A stretch of DNA of 64,000 nucleotides, taken from positions 825,375 to 889,374 of the forward strand of contig NW_018480078.1 of the NCBI RefSeq assembly GCF_002113885.1, read 5' to 3'. The notes beneath the pieces are model-generated. The model ran no database searches. It saw nothing but the letters and a program-made list of their open reading frames with translations, and was not told where the DNA came from. The translations under genes and the position numbers were made by a program. This document shows, in pieces, positions 1 through 14,036 of the stretch. This stretch comes from Mizuhopecten yessoensis (lineage: Eukaryota). Positions within the stretch are counted from its first letter, which is position 1, and every line of letters begins with the position of its first letter.

Positions 1-128
1 GGGAGCGGGCCGTTGTCGGAGCTGTGATCAATGTCGAAGTCGTCTTCACGTGCGTTTTCGTTGGTGTTTACCTCGTCACGGTCATCGGCATTTCCAGTCA
101 TTTGTACATTAACGAAATGTGTGGCCAT
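1..128 (-). other. Open frame running off the left edge (MATHFVNVQMTGNADDRDEVNTNENAREDDFDIDHSSDNGPL...); identity unknown, possibly a TE ORF nested in the ABCA intron
   Basis: ATG at 128 in AAGATGGCC context, 42 stop-free acidic codons, higher GC than its surroundings; no recognisable domain. Confidence 0.25.
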
Positions 129-238
129 CTTGGAGACATTTCGAACAAGTCGAGTTGTCTGAAACTACCTGTCCATAACAGGATACCCTGGCTTTGTATC
201 TGCCAGTTTGTACAAATTTTCGGATGTGATTTGTAAGC

Positions 239-850
239 GTGTGTGAAAGAATCAATAAAGTTGTCAACTTAAAAACTGCCAGTAACCTGAATTCAGATCT
301 ATTTGAATCTCACCTAATTGATACCCCTGCCTGCTTATGTAGTTCTCCTGGTGAGGATTGTGATCACTTCTTCCATTGTACTCTGTATACTAATCAAAGG
401 CAAATTCTCCTTAACTCCATTTCTACTCTTAATGACATTATTCCATTAAATACTCAGACTTTTCCTTATGGATGTCGAAGACTCGATATCAATATGAATA
501 TAAGTATCTTCGAGATGGTTCGGAGATTCGTTAAAGATACAAGACGCTTTTACTAGATTGCACTTACTTGTTTATCTTTTTTCACATGACTTTGCTGTAT
601 GGAATGATACCAGTACATAAATGTACTATGTGCTGTCCACCAGCATAATTTTAATTGCCATTTTTTGTAAAATCTAGTTTTTGTATAACCACTATGAAAA
701 AATAAAATAAAAAATGACATGCAAATATCAATATTCATGGACATAATACACATGTTTTATCATTACTTCAATTCAATATGATGTGCTCATAGGCTTTGCC
801 TGTTGCCCAATTCCTTTGTATCTAATATCTGAACAATAAATATTGTGAAA
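239..850 (+). mobile_element. 3' end fragment of a non-LTR retrotransposon (ORF2 C-terminus plus 3' UTR)
   Basis: ORF 239..556 contains LNSDLF...CLC...ED.DHFFHC.LY...R...N..IF..V..F...T.RF, the Cys/His-rich C-terminus seen after the RT domain in invertebrate LINEs; it is followed by an AT-rich tail with AATAAA near 835. Confidence 0.7.
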
Positions 851-974
851 TAAGAAAGAGAAAAACAATCAATAAAGTTTATATCATCCGTTTCACAGTT
901 CGTGAGTTTTCCGTTGATACGGAGCTTCTCCCGGGTGATAGTATATATACCTACCGTCTCAAGACCTTTCAAAA

Positions 975-1379
975 TATATGTCCGTCGTCCGCTGACAGAG
1001 TAATTGAGAATCATGACCCTGGGGTCTCACGTTTCCAAAAGTTTATTTGTGAAATATATGGTCCCAATTGCAAGCCCTTTGGAACCCGAGGGGCGGGGCA
1101 TATTGACTAACTTTTCAAAAATATTCTTATCCAGATATGGTAGAATCAAATACTTTTCATAGATGGAAGTGTCTTAAGATGCTTAACCATAATTCAGCTG
1201 ACTGACAGAACCACTATTTGTACATAGTACATATACTACCTAGATCTTTCACGCTGCTTTTGCATTACATGTAGTTCAAGTTAACTTTGTTACAAAATGA
1301 TTTCTTATTCATTTGGCAACATCGATAACATCAGTTTTTACATAACCCAGGTGACCGTTAAGGCCCATGGGCCTCTTGA
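975..1379. mobile_element. Truncated HINE (non-autonomous Helentron-type element)
   Basis: Ends in CAGGTGACCGTTAAGGCCCATGGGCCTCTTG, the reverse complement of the terminus at 51841; GTCC-type microsatellite remnant near 980. Confidence 0.65.
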
Positions 1380-1651
1380 TTGGCTGAGCCCAACCGCCTC
1401 GTACCCACAAACCTTCCTCATAGGAAAACAAAACACGAGTCATGTTGACGATTGTGTAACCGACGAGTTCAAAATACAGGGCACATATATAACCGGTTGT
1501 GCTCCCTCGTGCGTGGTATATTTTTCAAACGGCCATTCTGATAGTAAAGATCACTTTGAATGATAGTACAGGACAGTTGCTGACCTAAGGCGACTTCACA
1601 AAGCCCGACCAGTGATGAATCCAGACCATATTGATTAGGAATGTGTGAAAG

Positions 1652-1678
1652 CACGGGCGTAGATAATCTAATTCCGTG
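1652..1678. mobile_element. 27-bp CA...TG palindrome with perfect 7-bp TSD (GTGAAAG); putative P-element excision footprint
   Basis: gtgaaag|cacgggcgtagat-a-atctaattccgtg|gtgaaag. Confidence 0.6.
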
Positions 1679-1873
1679 GTGAAAGCTAGTGTCTAGCTGT
1701 TTATCATAAATACATATTGTTCATGGTGATTGCAAGGACTAGAACCTGGCCCCTGTGATTTTCGTCACAACGAAGGTATCATAATATACTTCTGGACCAG
1801 ACCCTAATACTCCAGTTGGGTGACAAAGGTCTGGGTGGGGTCCTTCTATAAATATAGGGGCGAGGGGTCTTAC

Positions 1874-2183
1874 CTGTAATGTTGACGTTTTGCCCGAGAG
1901 TAACCGACAGTTCGTTCATCACATTTCTGACCGAGGTGTTGTTTGGAGAATATAAAATCCCGTTTGCGTCTATATACTTGTGTTGTGTATAATCGTCCAA
2001 TTGGAAACCATCCCACCTGAAGGGTTGGGTGTGGTCGACACTGGTCACCAGGAACCGCAGCATCAGTAACAACAAGGAAAAGGCGACTGGCAACGCCACC
2101 TCGAAAACTGTAGCACAGTAATTGCGACGAGACACCGTGAAATTCTTCCATACTAACAAGAGGAATTGTCCGGCAGCCCCCAT
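1874..2183 (-). CDS. ABCA3: ABC transporter subfamily A (ABCA3-like), first coding exon; gene continues beyond the left edge
   Basis: MGAAGQFLLLVWKNFTVSRRNYCATVFEVALP... matches the ABCA N-terminal QL.LLLWKN motif, followed by TM1 and 'ILYSPNN'; phase-1 donor CAG|GTAAG at 1873; upstream acceptor near 2255. The exact paralogue is uncertain. Confidence 0.85.
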
Positions 2184-4424
2184 AGTTACGATCGCTGTAA
2201 TGGTCCACACACGATTGTACACTTGTTATTATACTAATGTATAGTAGGTCTTCCCTGAACTATATTTAGAACAGAAAAAGCTGGTATATATAAAGCACAC
2301 CCATTGGCTGCAAGAGATCGGTCATCCACACATGATCTTCAGAATCGATTTATGCAGAGTACATACTGTATATGTATTACGAAATCGATAAATTGTCTGG
2401 TGTGGTATTATCTAGTCATGACGTATAAATGTAGCGGGCATTATTGTTAGCCAAAGTCATTCCAAGGAATTATCACATTCCAATACCTCGTGAGTTCAAG
2501 GAAGCGTGACGGAGACGGGTGTCCCAGATTTGTTCACCTGTGCTGGCTGGTGCGCAGTCATGCGACTATTTGTAAAATTCCTTACGGCTGTACATATATA
2601 ACATTGTTGTATCGGCAAGCCAATTAAGGCTAGCGACGTTTGTAATTTAGCGTCAAACATAACAGCAGCTGCCGCCTACAACAGTAACGAAACTTGTGCA
2701 CGGAAAATGTTTAATGCATCGCTCGAACGTATTGATTGATTGATTGATAGGTTTTACGTCCGCTTCACTACCGAGTGGTTCGGTTATCCAGCAGACTAAG
2801 AACAGAAAGGAAAATGAGTAGAAGGGATAAAGTATGGAGTAGAGGAGGGGTGATAGGTTAGAGAAGGGGCCGTCTATCCTATATATATTAACTGTATAAG
2901 TCTAGTTTTTGTAAGACGGCTCCTATGCCTAATAATGCCTTAACCTAACACTCATTGTACAGCATCACCAAGTCAGGACCGGAAGTGAGGTACTGTGCCG
3001 CCTCCAGCCACACCAGCCCCTGCCTATTCTATGAATTTGGCTTGTATATAAAATTTGGAAGTCCATCTAATGTTTTAATAAAGAGACCCTATTTCTAACA
3101 GCCTAAACTTTTGGATAAAGTTTTCACTATTCTCTGTGTCGGCGTTTACGCGCCTACTCTTTTTCGAAAAACACAGAGGGATTTTTTTTTCCGTTCGAGA
3201 TTGGACCGTTCTCACACGGGTCACCATTTATAGTCCCGGACATCCAACGGACTGTATATTAGTGGTTAGTGTCATGCATGTGCTGTTTTTTTTGTTGTCC
3301 GTTCCATGTACTCCTCATCATTCGTCACTGAGAATAGACCTGACTATACTTGTACCAATGTATTCTTTCTTATAAACACCTCTACTTCTCTTTCACTTAT
3401 TTCTGCTCATCGTTCCGACATTTATGAATTTTAGTGAATAGTGTGATTATTAGTATGGGTAAAGATGGAAAACGGGGATGGAGGGGGGATTAGTGTTATA
3501 GTTGGGTTATAACCTGGATGGGGACTGGATAGGTTGGGGGTTGAAAGATGTGCTGGGTGTCAAAGAGATGTGCAGAAGGATTTACGGGCTTTATTAAATG
3601 CTAGTAGTATGGACCGGAGTGGTGTTGGGGATGGTTTGTGGGAGGGGGAGGGGTTGGTTGGTTGTGTGAGGATATTTAGTGGTTGTTGTGTTTACTTTTG
3701 CGTGTATTTAATCATATACACACATATATAGTATTTTATTCAATTAGACATAAGATTGCTGTGGGGTGGAAGACTCGTCCTTTTTTTTTAATACGGAACA
3801 TCCCGCACGTGGTTAGAACACAAACGTTGCAGCTTTCCTACATCAACCGGAAGTGGCTTGTTTTTATGTTTATTAATAATTATGAAATATTTTTAGTTTA
3901 GAATAATTAATTTAGTTTGTTTATTATTTTGGTTGATTGGATATTGTTGTTACTACACTATTCGCTGTGTTAGATAAACAGATATTGATTATTAGTTCAT
4001 TGTTCGTTTATCCCGTTATTCCTACCTAACTAATAGGTCCATATAGCACCATTGGCCTCCCTCCTTTACCTGCGCTAACCTTGTAGCGTACGTAGATACT
4101 ACTTTATTTAAATAGGGACGAATCCTGAGGCTATGAATATCACTAAGACAGTAACGTAAAGCCAACGTGTAGTTGTTAGATCTAAGTTCGTGCCTAAATT
4201 TAGATATTCGCTGCTTGAAATCTTTAATATGTACATATTGTATTCTTATACTTTGCGTTAATTGCGCAGTTCTGTGTTGTACAGTAGAGAGGCTAAAGCA
4301 TACAATCACTCTAAAGCAAAAGGTACTCGGACTGGCGAGGACAGTACAGTAAATTAGACTGGATCAGATCAACCATTTCCACTGTTCTTTCAGTCCTGAG
4401 TATCATGGTACTACTGTTCCTATT

Positions 4425-4775
4425 TGGATTAACGAGTTTTCACTGTTAAGTCCGGTTTAGCTAGGTTCCAGTGTTCATGTTCGGATTAACGAGTTTTCAC
4501 TGTTTTAGTCCGGTTTAGCGAGGTTCCAGTGTTCGGATTAACGAGGTTTCACTGTTTAGTCCGGTTTAGCGAGGTTCCAGTGTTCCTGTTCGGATTATCG
4601 GGGTTTCAATGTTTAGTCCGGTTTAGCGAAGTTAAACAACTTCAAAAATATAAAGTCCTGTTCTGATTAAAGAGGTTTCACTGTTTTAGGCCGGATTAGC
4701 AAGGTTCTACGGTTCCTGTTCGGATTGACAAGAATTCACTGTTTAGGTCGGTGTAGTGAGGTTCCGATGTTCCAA
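4425..4775. repeat. Tandem array of ~27-bp subunits arranged as ~55-bp dimers, resembling Tc1/pogo-type transposon termini
   Basis: Repeating cggattaacgaggtttcactgt / ccggtttagcgaggttccagtgt. Confidence 0.75.
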
Positions 4776-5919
4776 GCATTCGGTATCTTATACATACACA
4801 GAGTTTGTATATGTACATTTGCGTGTGTTTTTTGTTTTGTTTTTTGGCTATGGACTTTTAAAATGAGAAATATACATGAACTAATATTGGATCATAAAAA
4901 TATGAAATAATGTCAAGAACATCATTAACCAGTGTGCAAAAAAAAAGTACACTTAAAATAGAAGATTGATGAACATATTTATAAAGCTAAGCATTCTTTA
5001 TGCTTATTTGGTTGTTCAAGGGAAGTGAGTCTTGTGCAATAATTAAAGGAACTTCTTATAAAGTCTTTTCCCTAACACCCAACGAAAATACATTCTATCC
5101 TGTATTACACAACATTTCATAAATACACGTCACACCCTTTGTGCTAAAGATAATCAAGTGCAATGACTCACACGACCACGCCTTTCAGAATAAATGTGGT
5201 AAGTCTAGTAAAGAGACTGGCGCTTTATAGTGTCATGGCATAATTCAACGATGAAAGATGTGCGGATTTCGGCATTATATAATCTGTTTTTGTATCTATG
5301 ACAGATTATCATGTCGAGCTTAAGTGTTTGTAATTTACGTCTGTTCACATTTCTACAGTGTATCGTTAATAATAATTTTAGCAGTTTCCTAGAGAGAAGA
5401 TAGAAAACTTAACATATTAACAATGAGCTAGTACGGAAATGTGTTTTCTGATACCTCAGCAAAGTGTTAAGTTAAATATCACATCCCACAAGTACGGTCA
5501 AGTGACAACGTCTTTGTGTAAATATTTACATCGTCATTGCACTTTTATGTGTAGTTGTCAGGAATTCGAAAACAAAAATATGTCGCATTAATTCGTCATT
5601 AATTCTACATTGCGTAATATAAGGGAAGTTGTAATCAACGTAAAGTATTGACTTATCAATACTTAAGGTAAACGGTACCACTTTCGAGTGATTATTTCAA
5701 CTCCTCCAAGATCTGGCTTAGAGTTACTTCCCTTGGCTCATTCATTTTTTTGTTTCCAAATGCTACGATTTCAAACAGCTAAAATTCACTAAAACTCACA
5801 AGAAATGTTAATTTTATGAAATTACATCTTTTGAAAATTACAAATTATTCATACTAGTGCCAATATGTATTAATTTACTAATGAATCCCTAACGCTACTC
5901 ATTCTTTTATGAATTACTA

Positions 5920-6890
5920 CCACCGTTCCCTCTCTCACGAAAAGTAGCCAACTTTTCCTTCTCTCATTAATAGTATTCAACTTTCCCTCTCTCACGAAAA
6001 CAACCAACTTTTCCCTCTCTCTAATGAATAGAAACTAATCTTTCGCTCTCTCACGAATAGTTACCAACTTTTCCCTCTCACGGATAGTAACCAATTTTTC
6101 TCTCTCTAACCAACTTTTCCCTCCCACAAATAGTATCCAACTTTTCCCTCTCTCACGAAGAATAATCCATTTTTCCCTCTCTTACAAATAGTAACCAACT
6201 TTTACCTCCTCACGAATAGAAACCAACTTGTCCCTCTCTCACAAATAGGAACCAGCTTTCCCTCTCATTAATGATATCCAACTTTTCCCTCTCTCACGAA
6301 AACAACCAACTTTTCCCTCTCACAAATAGTATCCAACTTTTCCATATCTCATGATAGTAACCAACTTTTCCCTCTCTCACAAATAGTATCCAACTTTTCC
6401 ATATCTCATGATAGTAACCAACTTTTCCCTCTTTCACGAATACTAACCAACTTTTCCCTCTCTGACAAATAGTAACCCAACTTTTCCCTCTCTCACGAAT
6501 AGTAACCCAACGGTTCTCTCTCTCACGAAGAGTAACCATGTTTTGCCTCTCCCGAATTTTTCTCTTGTTTTTCCTCTCTCACGAATCGTTACCTTGTGTT
6601 CCCTTTCTCACGAATCAGTACAATGCATCCGTTGACTCTATCACGATTTGTTATCATATATTTCCGCTCTCACAAATAATATCTATCCATTTCCGGTCTC
6701 ACGAATAGTAAACATCTGTCTCACGAATCGCTTGTGTTGACTCTCTCACGAGTAGTTACTGGTTGTTTCGTCTTTCAAGAATAAAAAAAAAATAAAAAAA
6801 AACCCTGCTCTTCCCTCTCTCACGAATCGTTTCCTTCGTATCCTCTCTCGAGTAGCATTACCACCTCTACTCTCCTCACGAATACTTATC
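5920..6890. repeat. ~30-bp minisatellite (ctctctcacgaatagtaaccaacttttccc), decaying rightwards
   Basis: Many visible copies; fairly homogeneous to ~6540, then degenerate. Confidence 0.9.
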
Positions 6891-8553
6891 ATATGTTACT
6901 TATCTGGAGCGTCCTCATAAACGATCACCTCCCTCCTCCTTATAAACCATAACCTCCCTCCCCTTCGCGTTCGTCAGAACTGTCACAATAACTTTCTCTC
7001 CTCAGCATCGTTTCCTTCAATCTCACGTTTCCATCTTTGAGACATTTTCAGATTATTATGAACTGCTGCCACAGGACATTAAGTTGTGCGTGCTTCAGGT
7101 CTCAGCTTATTGTAACGCAACGCAGTTTTAGCATTTTTTTTTTTATTAATTGCCATATTGCTACATTTTACGGTTACTGCTCCGCCTTTTTAACACTTTT
7201 CGAATTGATCTTAATTTTGTTGACATTTATTCATAAACAATAAACCCTGATCACCTGACAAGAAAGACTCAAATGTAACGCCACGTAACTTAACCATGTG
7301 TCAACACAAAGGATGCGTACAAAGTAACCGCGATAAAAAAAAAGCACCTTGGACTCTGATGTCACAACAACTACAAGAATGAAATAGCACATTTGGTAAA
7401 AGACGCATTTTGAAATTTTTAATAAATACGTGAAGTTTGGAAAGAGAATGTATAAAATCACATTAGATCATGTTGGCAGACTCTTTGAGGGGAAAACCTA
7501 TCACGGTAAACTTGTATCACATAATGTAATATAATATAAAGCTACAATGTGATAGGTTTGAAAGAACTATTTGAGTATCACAAATAGATTAAAAACCGCC
7601 GGGATTTGCAAAGTCCTTGACATTAATAAAGATGTCGGTGTTAGAATTTGCCGGGTATCTAGATTACATGTTAGATGTCACATGTGTACTTACCGTGTGT
7701 GTGAGTATAAGTCATATAGGCATGTACTTAGTGAAAACCGTGATACATATATACTCAATGCTCATTTGTTGGTCTTTTATACCACAAAGACGCTAAAATT
7801 ATTGTTCATAATGTTTAATAACAAAACAAACAAAATGTACCAAAGTTCAAATTTTGTCTTCGCGAAAAACGATATATGGTATCTCAACAATGTTTTTTTT
7901 AAAATCTTTAAGGGTTAAGGGTCATTGAAGACAGACGATGTAACAACGTTTCTGGCCATCACCAAGAAGTTGAAAATAATTTTATAGGCAGGATTGAACA
8001 GATAAAACGGTTTACAGAACAAATTGTAGTAGAATGAAATAGAACAATCCTCTTCAATTCATGGGGATATGAGGTGCAGGATTGTTTTGGGGTGCTGACT
8101 ACCCGATAAACGAGTTAGACAAATTAAACGAACGCTTTGTCTATGCTGATCCGAATTATAGTCCGTTTCTTATTGTTCAGAATTTGAATGTGATAGCTAT
8201 TTGTTTACAGTGCAATAAATAAAAAAGAAATGCTTCCGCTCATAACTCCCAATATGATTTCTTACAAGCCTACCGACCGGGGAAACTTTTGAGCATCCAA
8301 CTTGCAATATATGTTTCACTATAGACTATGACCCGATTGATTATATTTTCTTTTAAACATTTATCCAGCGAGTAACCATATTTGCAAGGTCGCGCTTCAT
8401 CCCAAAGTAAATTGGGGAAGTACTAGTCCAGCACCGATATCTATGTCGTCTGGTAAAACATCAAACGAGAAAAAGTGAAAAAGCAGAGGTCTGTCACCAA
8501 CGAAAGCTTTCACAGAACGTCGAAAAGACTGACTTGGGGAATACACCGGTATA

Positions 8554-8581
8554 TCATCATCATCATCATCATCATCATCAT
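8554..8581. repeat. (CAT)n microsatellite
   Basis: About 9 perfect CAT units. Confidence 0.9.
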
Positions 8582-9785
8582 AAAACTACAAATCATCGAA
8601 AATATCCTCAAATTTCGCTGTCATAGTCATACCTCAACATAGCAAAACATAGGAGAGGGAGAAAGGAGGTTTAGAGTCAAACCACTGCAGATACCACACC
8701 ATCCAATATATCAGCTCTACGACAATGGAAGGACGAGAACAAAATTCCTCTATCGCCGATCACTGAAAGGACACATGGTAAGACGTTCACAGACATAAGC
8801 TAGCTTGTCCGTATACGGAAAAATAGGGGACAAAAGGAGTAACAAGAAATAGAGGATATTTAAAGATACATATGTATTTCACAGTATGGCAGAATATAGC
8901 TATTCTCACAAGTGCGAAGTACGAGTGAAAATATCGGTGTATTCTGCCATACAGCGCTTGAATATATTTGATATTCAACGGGAAACCTATGTTTCTTGTA
9001 ATGGTTCCAATACTCCATTTTTTCAGTCACAAAATTTAATCCTTCTCTTGTCTGTGAACATCGTACTCTGTGTAACGTGTGAAGATATAACATTTCGTAT
9101 GTCTTCCATGCAGTGGAGATATAACATTTCGTATGTCTTCCATGCAGTGAAGATGTAAGACTTTTTCTATTTGGTTGACATTACCTGATACATGTATTTC
9201 ACTGGTAAAAATGTACTAAAACATAATATCGTCTTATGGAATGAACGAGAAAGTCATCAGGCTGTATAATTGTCGATTTTGTGGTGGTTAAGAAGATATG
9301 TTACAACCCACCTGATGTTCTGATGGGATCACAATGCCATTTCAAGAGATTAGCTACTCCTAGTACACTTGACCTTTCAACTATATTCTAAGGATTAGAG
9401 ATATCCAGATTGGCGTTGATATAATTAAGTCCCTTTTCGGCAATGAACACAGAGACCAACCTCAGCTGATGTGACCATATGTCGATTCGCCGAAGAAGCT
9501 CTTGCAACGTAGAAAACCAACAAGATGAAAACAGTTTTCCATATGTGCAAAAGTCAGAAGGAACTTGTTACTATGTATAACGGACACGTTCCAGACTTCC
9601 TCGAGTAGGCAGACTCTATCCAATAAACAAGAAGGAAAGAGAAAACGAAAGACTACCGAAGCAGTTCTCTGCAATAGTGTAAAATATGTTTGACCCACAA
9701 CAGAATGTGCTCCATAGGGGTTTCACCAAGGGATTCTTCTACTTCACAGCCGCCTTATTCTGCCCCAACGATATTGAAGACATAT

Positions 9786-9990
9786 GGTGATCGGGTGGCA
9801 CAGTGCATACCGCACTCACATGTCACCCAAGACGGCCACGGTTTGACTCCCTAGTCGGACTTGGAAAGGCTTTTGGTTACCTGCTCGACCATGTGTGATT
9901 TTTCTCGGTACTCCGGTTTCCTCCAACATAAAGACCCCTTGCGCACTTCGACCCGGACCTGGACTAACGAGCCTGATTAATATAACTTGA
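9786..9990 (+). mobile_element. tRNA-derived SINE with V-type core (degenerate)
   Basis: A-box-like GGTGGCACAGTG, B-box-like GGTTTGACTCC, core TTTCTCGGTACTCCGGTTTCCTCC; same family as 58672-58918. Confidence 0.75.
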
Positions 9991-11903
9991 AAAAGCTTTT
10001 GAAATAAGTAGAGTTCATATGCACAAAATAGGCATTCGGCCTACAGGACGCAAAAAGCAGTCGTTGACACTGTCAATCATAACATCTGGTTCAGCAACGG
10101 TTTACCATGCGTATCAAATGGCTTACATATTATGCATGACCTTGATGTATCTGCAAAACCCCCCATCAAGTGGGAAGGACAACATTCGACCATATACCTA
10201 TCAAAGAGGGCTTAACTAATGAGATATACAGATAAATACACAAGTAATATAAACTGCCTTTCAGACCAGATTCGAACCTGGGGTCCCAGAGACAAAATTG
10301 GAACTTTCAGCTGCACAACCCCGACATGTACTGCCCCTCCCCCCTATCGCTGCTCCTATTTATTTCTGCCTTCTGCCTGTTTCACAATGCTAACATCGCT
10401 CCTTCTCTCTCGCATCATCACAACTCTCATATATATCACAACCTCACGCCCTCGTCGATTTTCCATGACGCTCCGATCCCCTTACTCTTTTCCTGACCTC
10501 TTGCAGAACCTTAATTGGCTTATTTGGAATTAGATTTCTTTTTCAGCTTATTTGTATTTTAAAAAGAAAAATATGGTTAGTATTATTAATAATGTGTCTA
10601 ACAGTTGCACAATAAACATAAATTTTAAATTTATTCAGTTACCACATTTTATATATTTATTCAGATACCACATTTTATCTCATCTACATTGTAACATAGC
10701 CTATTTCTCTCTGCTCCAACCAGACGTGATTAATCGTAATAGTGTTGTCTTTGTGCTCATATAAATAATTTTGTTTTTTGACTGAATGCGTACGTCTGTA
10801 TGTCCTGCAAAACCAGCAAATTGTCTGACAGGAGCTGTTGTCATATGATGAACGGCGCTTCATTCCAATAACACCTATGTACAGATGAGAACGTGGGGGG
10901 TTTCGGCGACTTTTCACATTCTGGAATCATAACTGTCACCGTTGACGATAAACGAAAACAAAATTATAGGTGTGCATGTAATGATCAGTATTAAGTTGTT
11001 CTGACAAGCTGACAATCAAATTTCTGTTTATAGGCAATACGATTACATGTCCGTTTGTGATGGAAGTCGCTATCGATGAAAACTCTTGTATTTAAAAACA
11101 AAATAGCATCGAGACACTACAGATATTTCCAAGTGAGAAATAACGGCAAACAACCACATATATACATGTGGTTATACAGTCTTTATCTAAGAAATCCCGG
11201 TTATATTTCCCCCAGAATATACAAAGATATGATAATCATATAGTAATTATAAGTAGTGTATTCAAAACGTGATTGTTATGTTTGCATATTTTGTCTTTAC
11301 GCCGATTAATAAATGCCTTCCTTCTTACGAATTCATTCTAACATGCTCCCAAATACAAAAAACAAAAACAAAACAAAACCCTTATTCGGAAAACATCACA
11401 AGTGCAAAAGGTGGTTTTATTGCGGTGCACAAAGAAGGTAGGACAAACTGTCCATTAACGGTCCATATTTAAAATGCAGGAGCTTTTAAAGAGAAAAATG
11501 TTGATTGAAATAACCGAGTTTAGTTTGAAAAATGCAGTTGGCGGATCGAAAGACCATTGTCCTTCCTTATACTACAGTTGCAATGAGTGACCGTTGAATG
11601 CTATCTGCAGATCAAGCTGAAAGACTTATTGCGGTACCGATTCGACAGGCATTAGGAAAACACTTCCCCTGAAATAAGTTCATTATAGGCTTTCTACGTA
11701 AAACACCCGTTATGCTTAACAAATATAAAGCACATCTTGTTTTATCTAGTGAGTTTTGGTACGGATGACAGCGTATGATTCGAAGTTTGGTCATTTCGTA
11801 GTTTCTCTTTTGTTTTCTACTAATTGAAGTCATCAGTTTTGTCAATATTGCATATTTATAGGAAAAATAAGATGTCGATAAGTTTAGATAACTTGAACTG
11901 TGC

Positions 11904-12559
11904 CTTAGGTACAGTAGCAGTGAACAGTAGCGTCAGTGGTTATGCGTGAGATTTTTGTACAATGAATAACCCTGTTATGTTACAAGTATCACAATGTAAA
12001 AACAAAAATCAGCAGTAAAATTATCATTTACACGATTTAAGTGACTATGTGGGTTTCATAATTTTTCCAGAAAAAAAAGTTGGATTAGGTTTCAGAGTAC
12101 AGTTTTAGCCATTTGGAAACAAAACAAAAGTTAGATTTTCATGTAGTTTATTTTTACATGTATACTCAGTACATGCGTAAATATTGTGAAAAATCCATCG
12201 CATTGACCTATGCTAAAACGAGAGTATTTCTGTTATTGAGTAGGTAATATTTAAATTAGAACAGGTTTTAAGAAAAAATATCTATCCTCCGGGTCAAATT
12301 TTAAGTTAAAAATATTTTTTTATAGCATGTTTTGGCGTTTTTTGATGTGGTAACCATGGTCCGAAAACTTGGGAAAAAACTTCTTTAAAAACATCCTTTT
12401 TCTCAAAACGTATTTATAATGAAATGAATATATATATATATTTATAAATTTCATTATTAATACAATATATATATATACATGTATCCACTGTCCATGTGTA
12501 TTCAGACATGCCCTTTATTTTTAGGGTCAGACCAGTTCTACAGTGCACTGCTACCTAAG
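11904..12559. mobile_element. Non-autonomous DNA transposon with terminal inverted repeats
   Basis: Left cttaggta(cagta)gcagtgaacagtag pairs with right ctacagtgcactgctacctaag. Confidence 0.6.
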
Positions 12560-14036
12560 CATTTGTTATTTAGGTAGGAATCGAAATCTCAACAAAATTT
12601 TCGAGATCTCGGTCACACAGTTTATTTAAACCTTCCTCAAAATTCCCGGGGTTACGCTCACTTACGTTCTCCGATCCCCAGAATATGAAAAAACCGAAGG
12701 CACGAAGGAAGCTATTTGATGAATTTCAAGTGTAAAAAAATGACCTATCGCTAGGCTGATACCTGTCCTCACAGATATGTTACAGAGTTGCGAAGCCCCA
12801 CTTCAAAGCTGACCAATTTTACCGTAACACTGCTGCGCTATTACTTTGATCGCATAATCAAACTAAACAACTTGAATCATCAAGGAAACGAAATGATTGA
12901 CATTCCACAAGTTTGCACATTTGTTTCAAGCGAGAATAACCTTGTTAATAGGCGAATAGCAATAAAACGATTTTGATCAATTTTATAAATCCACGAAGAG
13001 AACAACAACACTTCATAAGCAAAAGAAACAACGCATGCATTTCAACCAGGAAAATACATCAACTAGTTCGGTTCACAATGTGAATACTAGGTAACGCACA
13101 TGTATATGAAAGATTGTTTAATGAGACTTAACGTAATTTCTCTTTTTTACATAAAATAGTATTTATCAAACAAGCCATATGTAGGTAGCGTTAACCTTTT
13201 ATTCCTGAGAATAATATGGTACCTTAGAATATAAAAAATCCCCAGAAAGAGGCTGCAGTCACCCTTAATTCCACCCCTGATAAGTCATATTCAAAGACCC
13301 TAATTAAAGATCGGAATTAATATATATAATGCTCCAGAGCGAGGTTAACGAAGTCAAAGATAAACCTTTCGTCTTCCCAAAACTAGTACAGCAGATCTAT
13401 AAAATATCTCTTTAGCAATGTAACTGATTGCTATGAAATGGCACATTATCTTGAGTTCATTTACATACCTAGGTCATACGTACTTAATTTTTCTTTCACA
13501 AGCTGTGGCGAGGCATATCAGCCTCAAATCAAGATAAATGTTGCTATGTGAAACCACTAAAATCGCCATAAAATTCCCTGGTCATACATTTAGCAGTTAA
13601 TAAAAAAACAACACAAAAGGCCAAGTAACCTAAATTGGTAAATGAACTTTAGAGGATGTCCCATTTCATAACATATTCCATGATGTTATGAATGCACTAG
13701 ACATGTTATAAACTATATATTATTTTCTCTCCAACAATAGCCCGGTTGACTTTTTTGTCACATATACCCATGCATGAAATCGAGTAATACGACATAAAAC
13801 CAACAAATCGAAGGCCTTGTTACAAAAACAAATGTGTCATCAACACAGCTAGTTTTTTGTGTTACACACACAAACTTTTATATAAAAAGATTATATTGTC
13901 GTTCACATTGATACATTTTGCCTGTGTATTGCCTTTTCCACTTCTCATTTACAAGGAGTAATCCATAATATAAAAAAAGGTATTACAAACACCAGGGAGC
14001 CTAGAGTCTCTGTCTTTGTCGTATTTGTCTCGCTTC

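Noticed and set aside
6294-6539. 81-aa repetitive ORF
   Set aside because: Translation of the 30-bp minisatellite.
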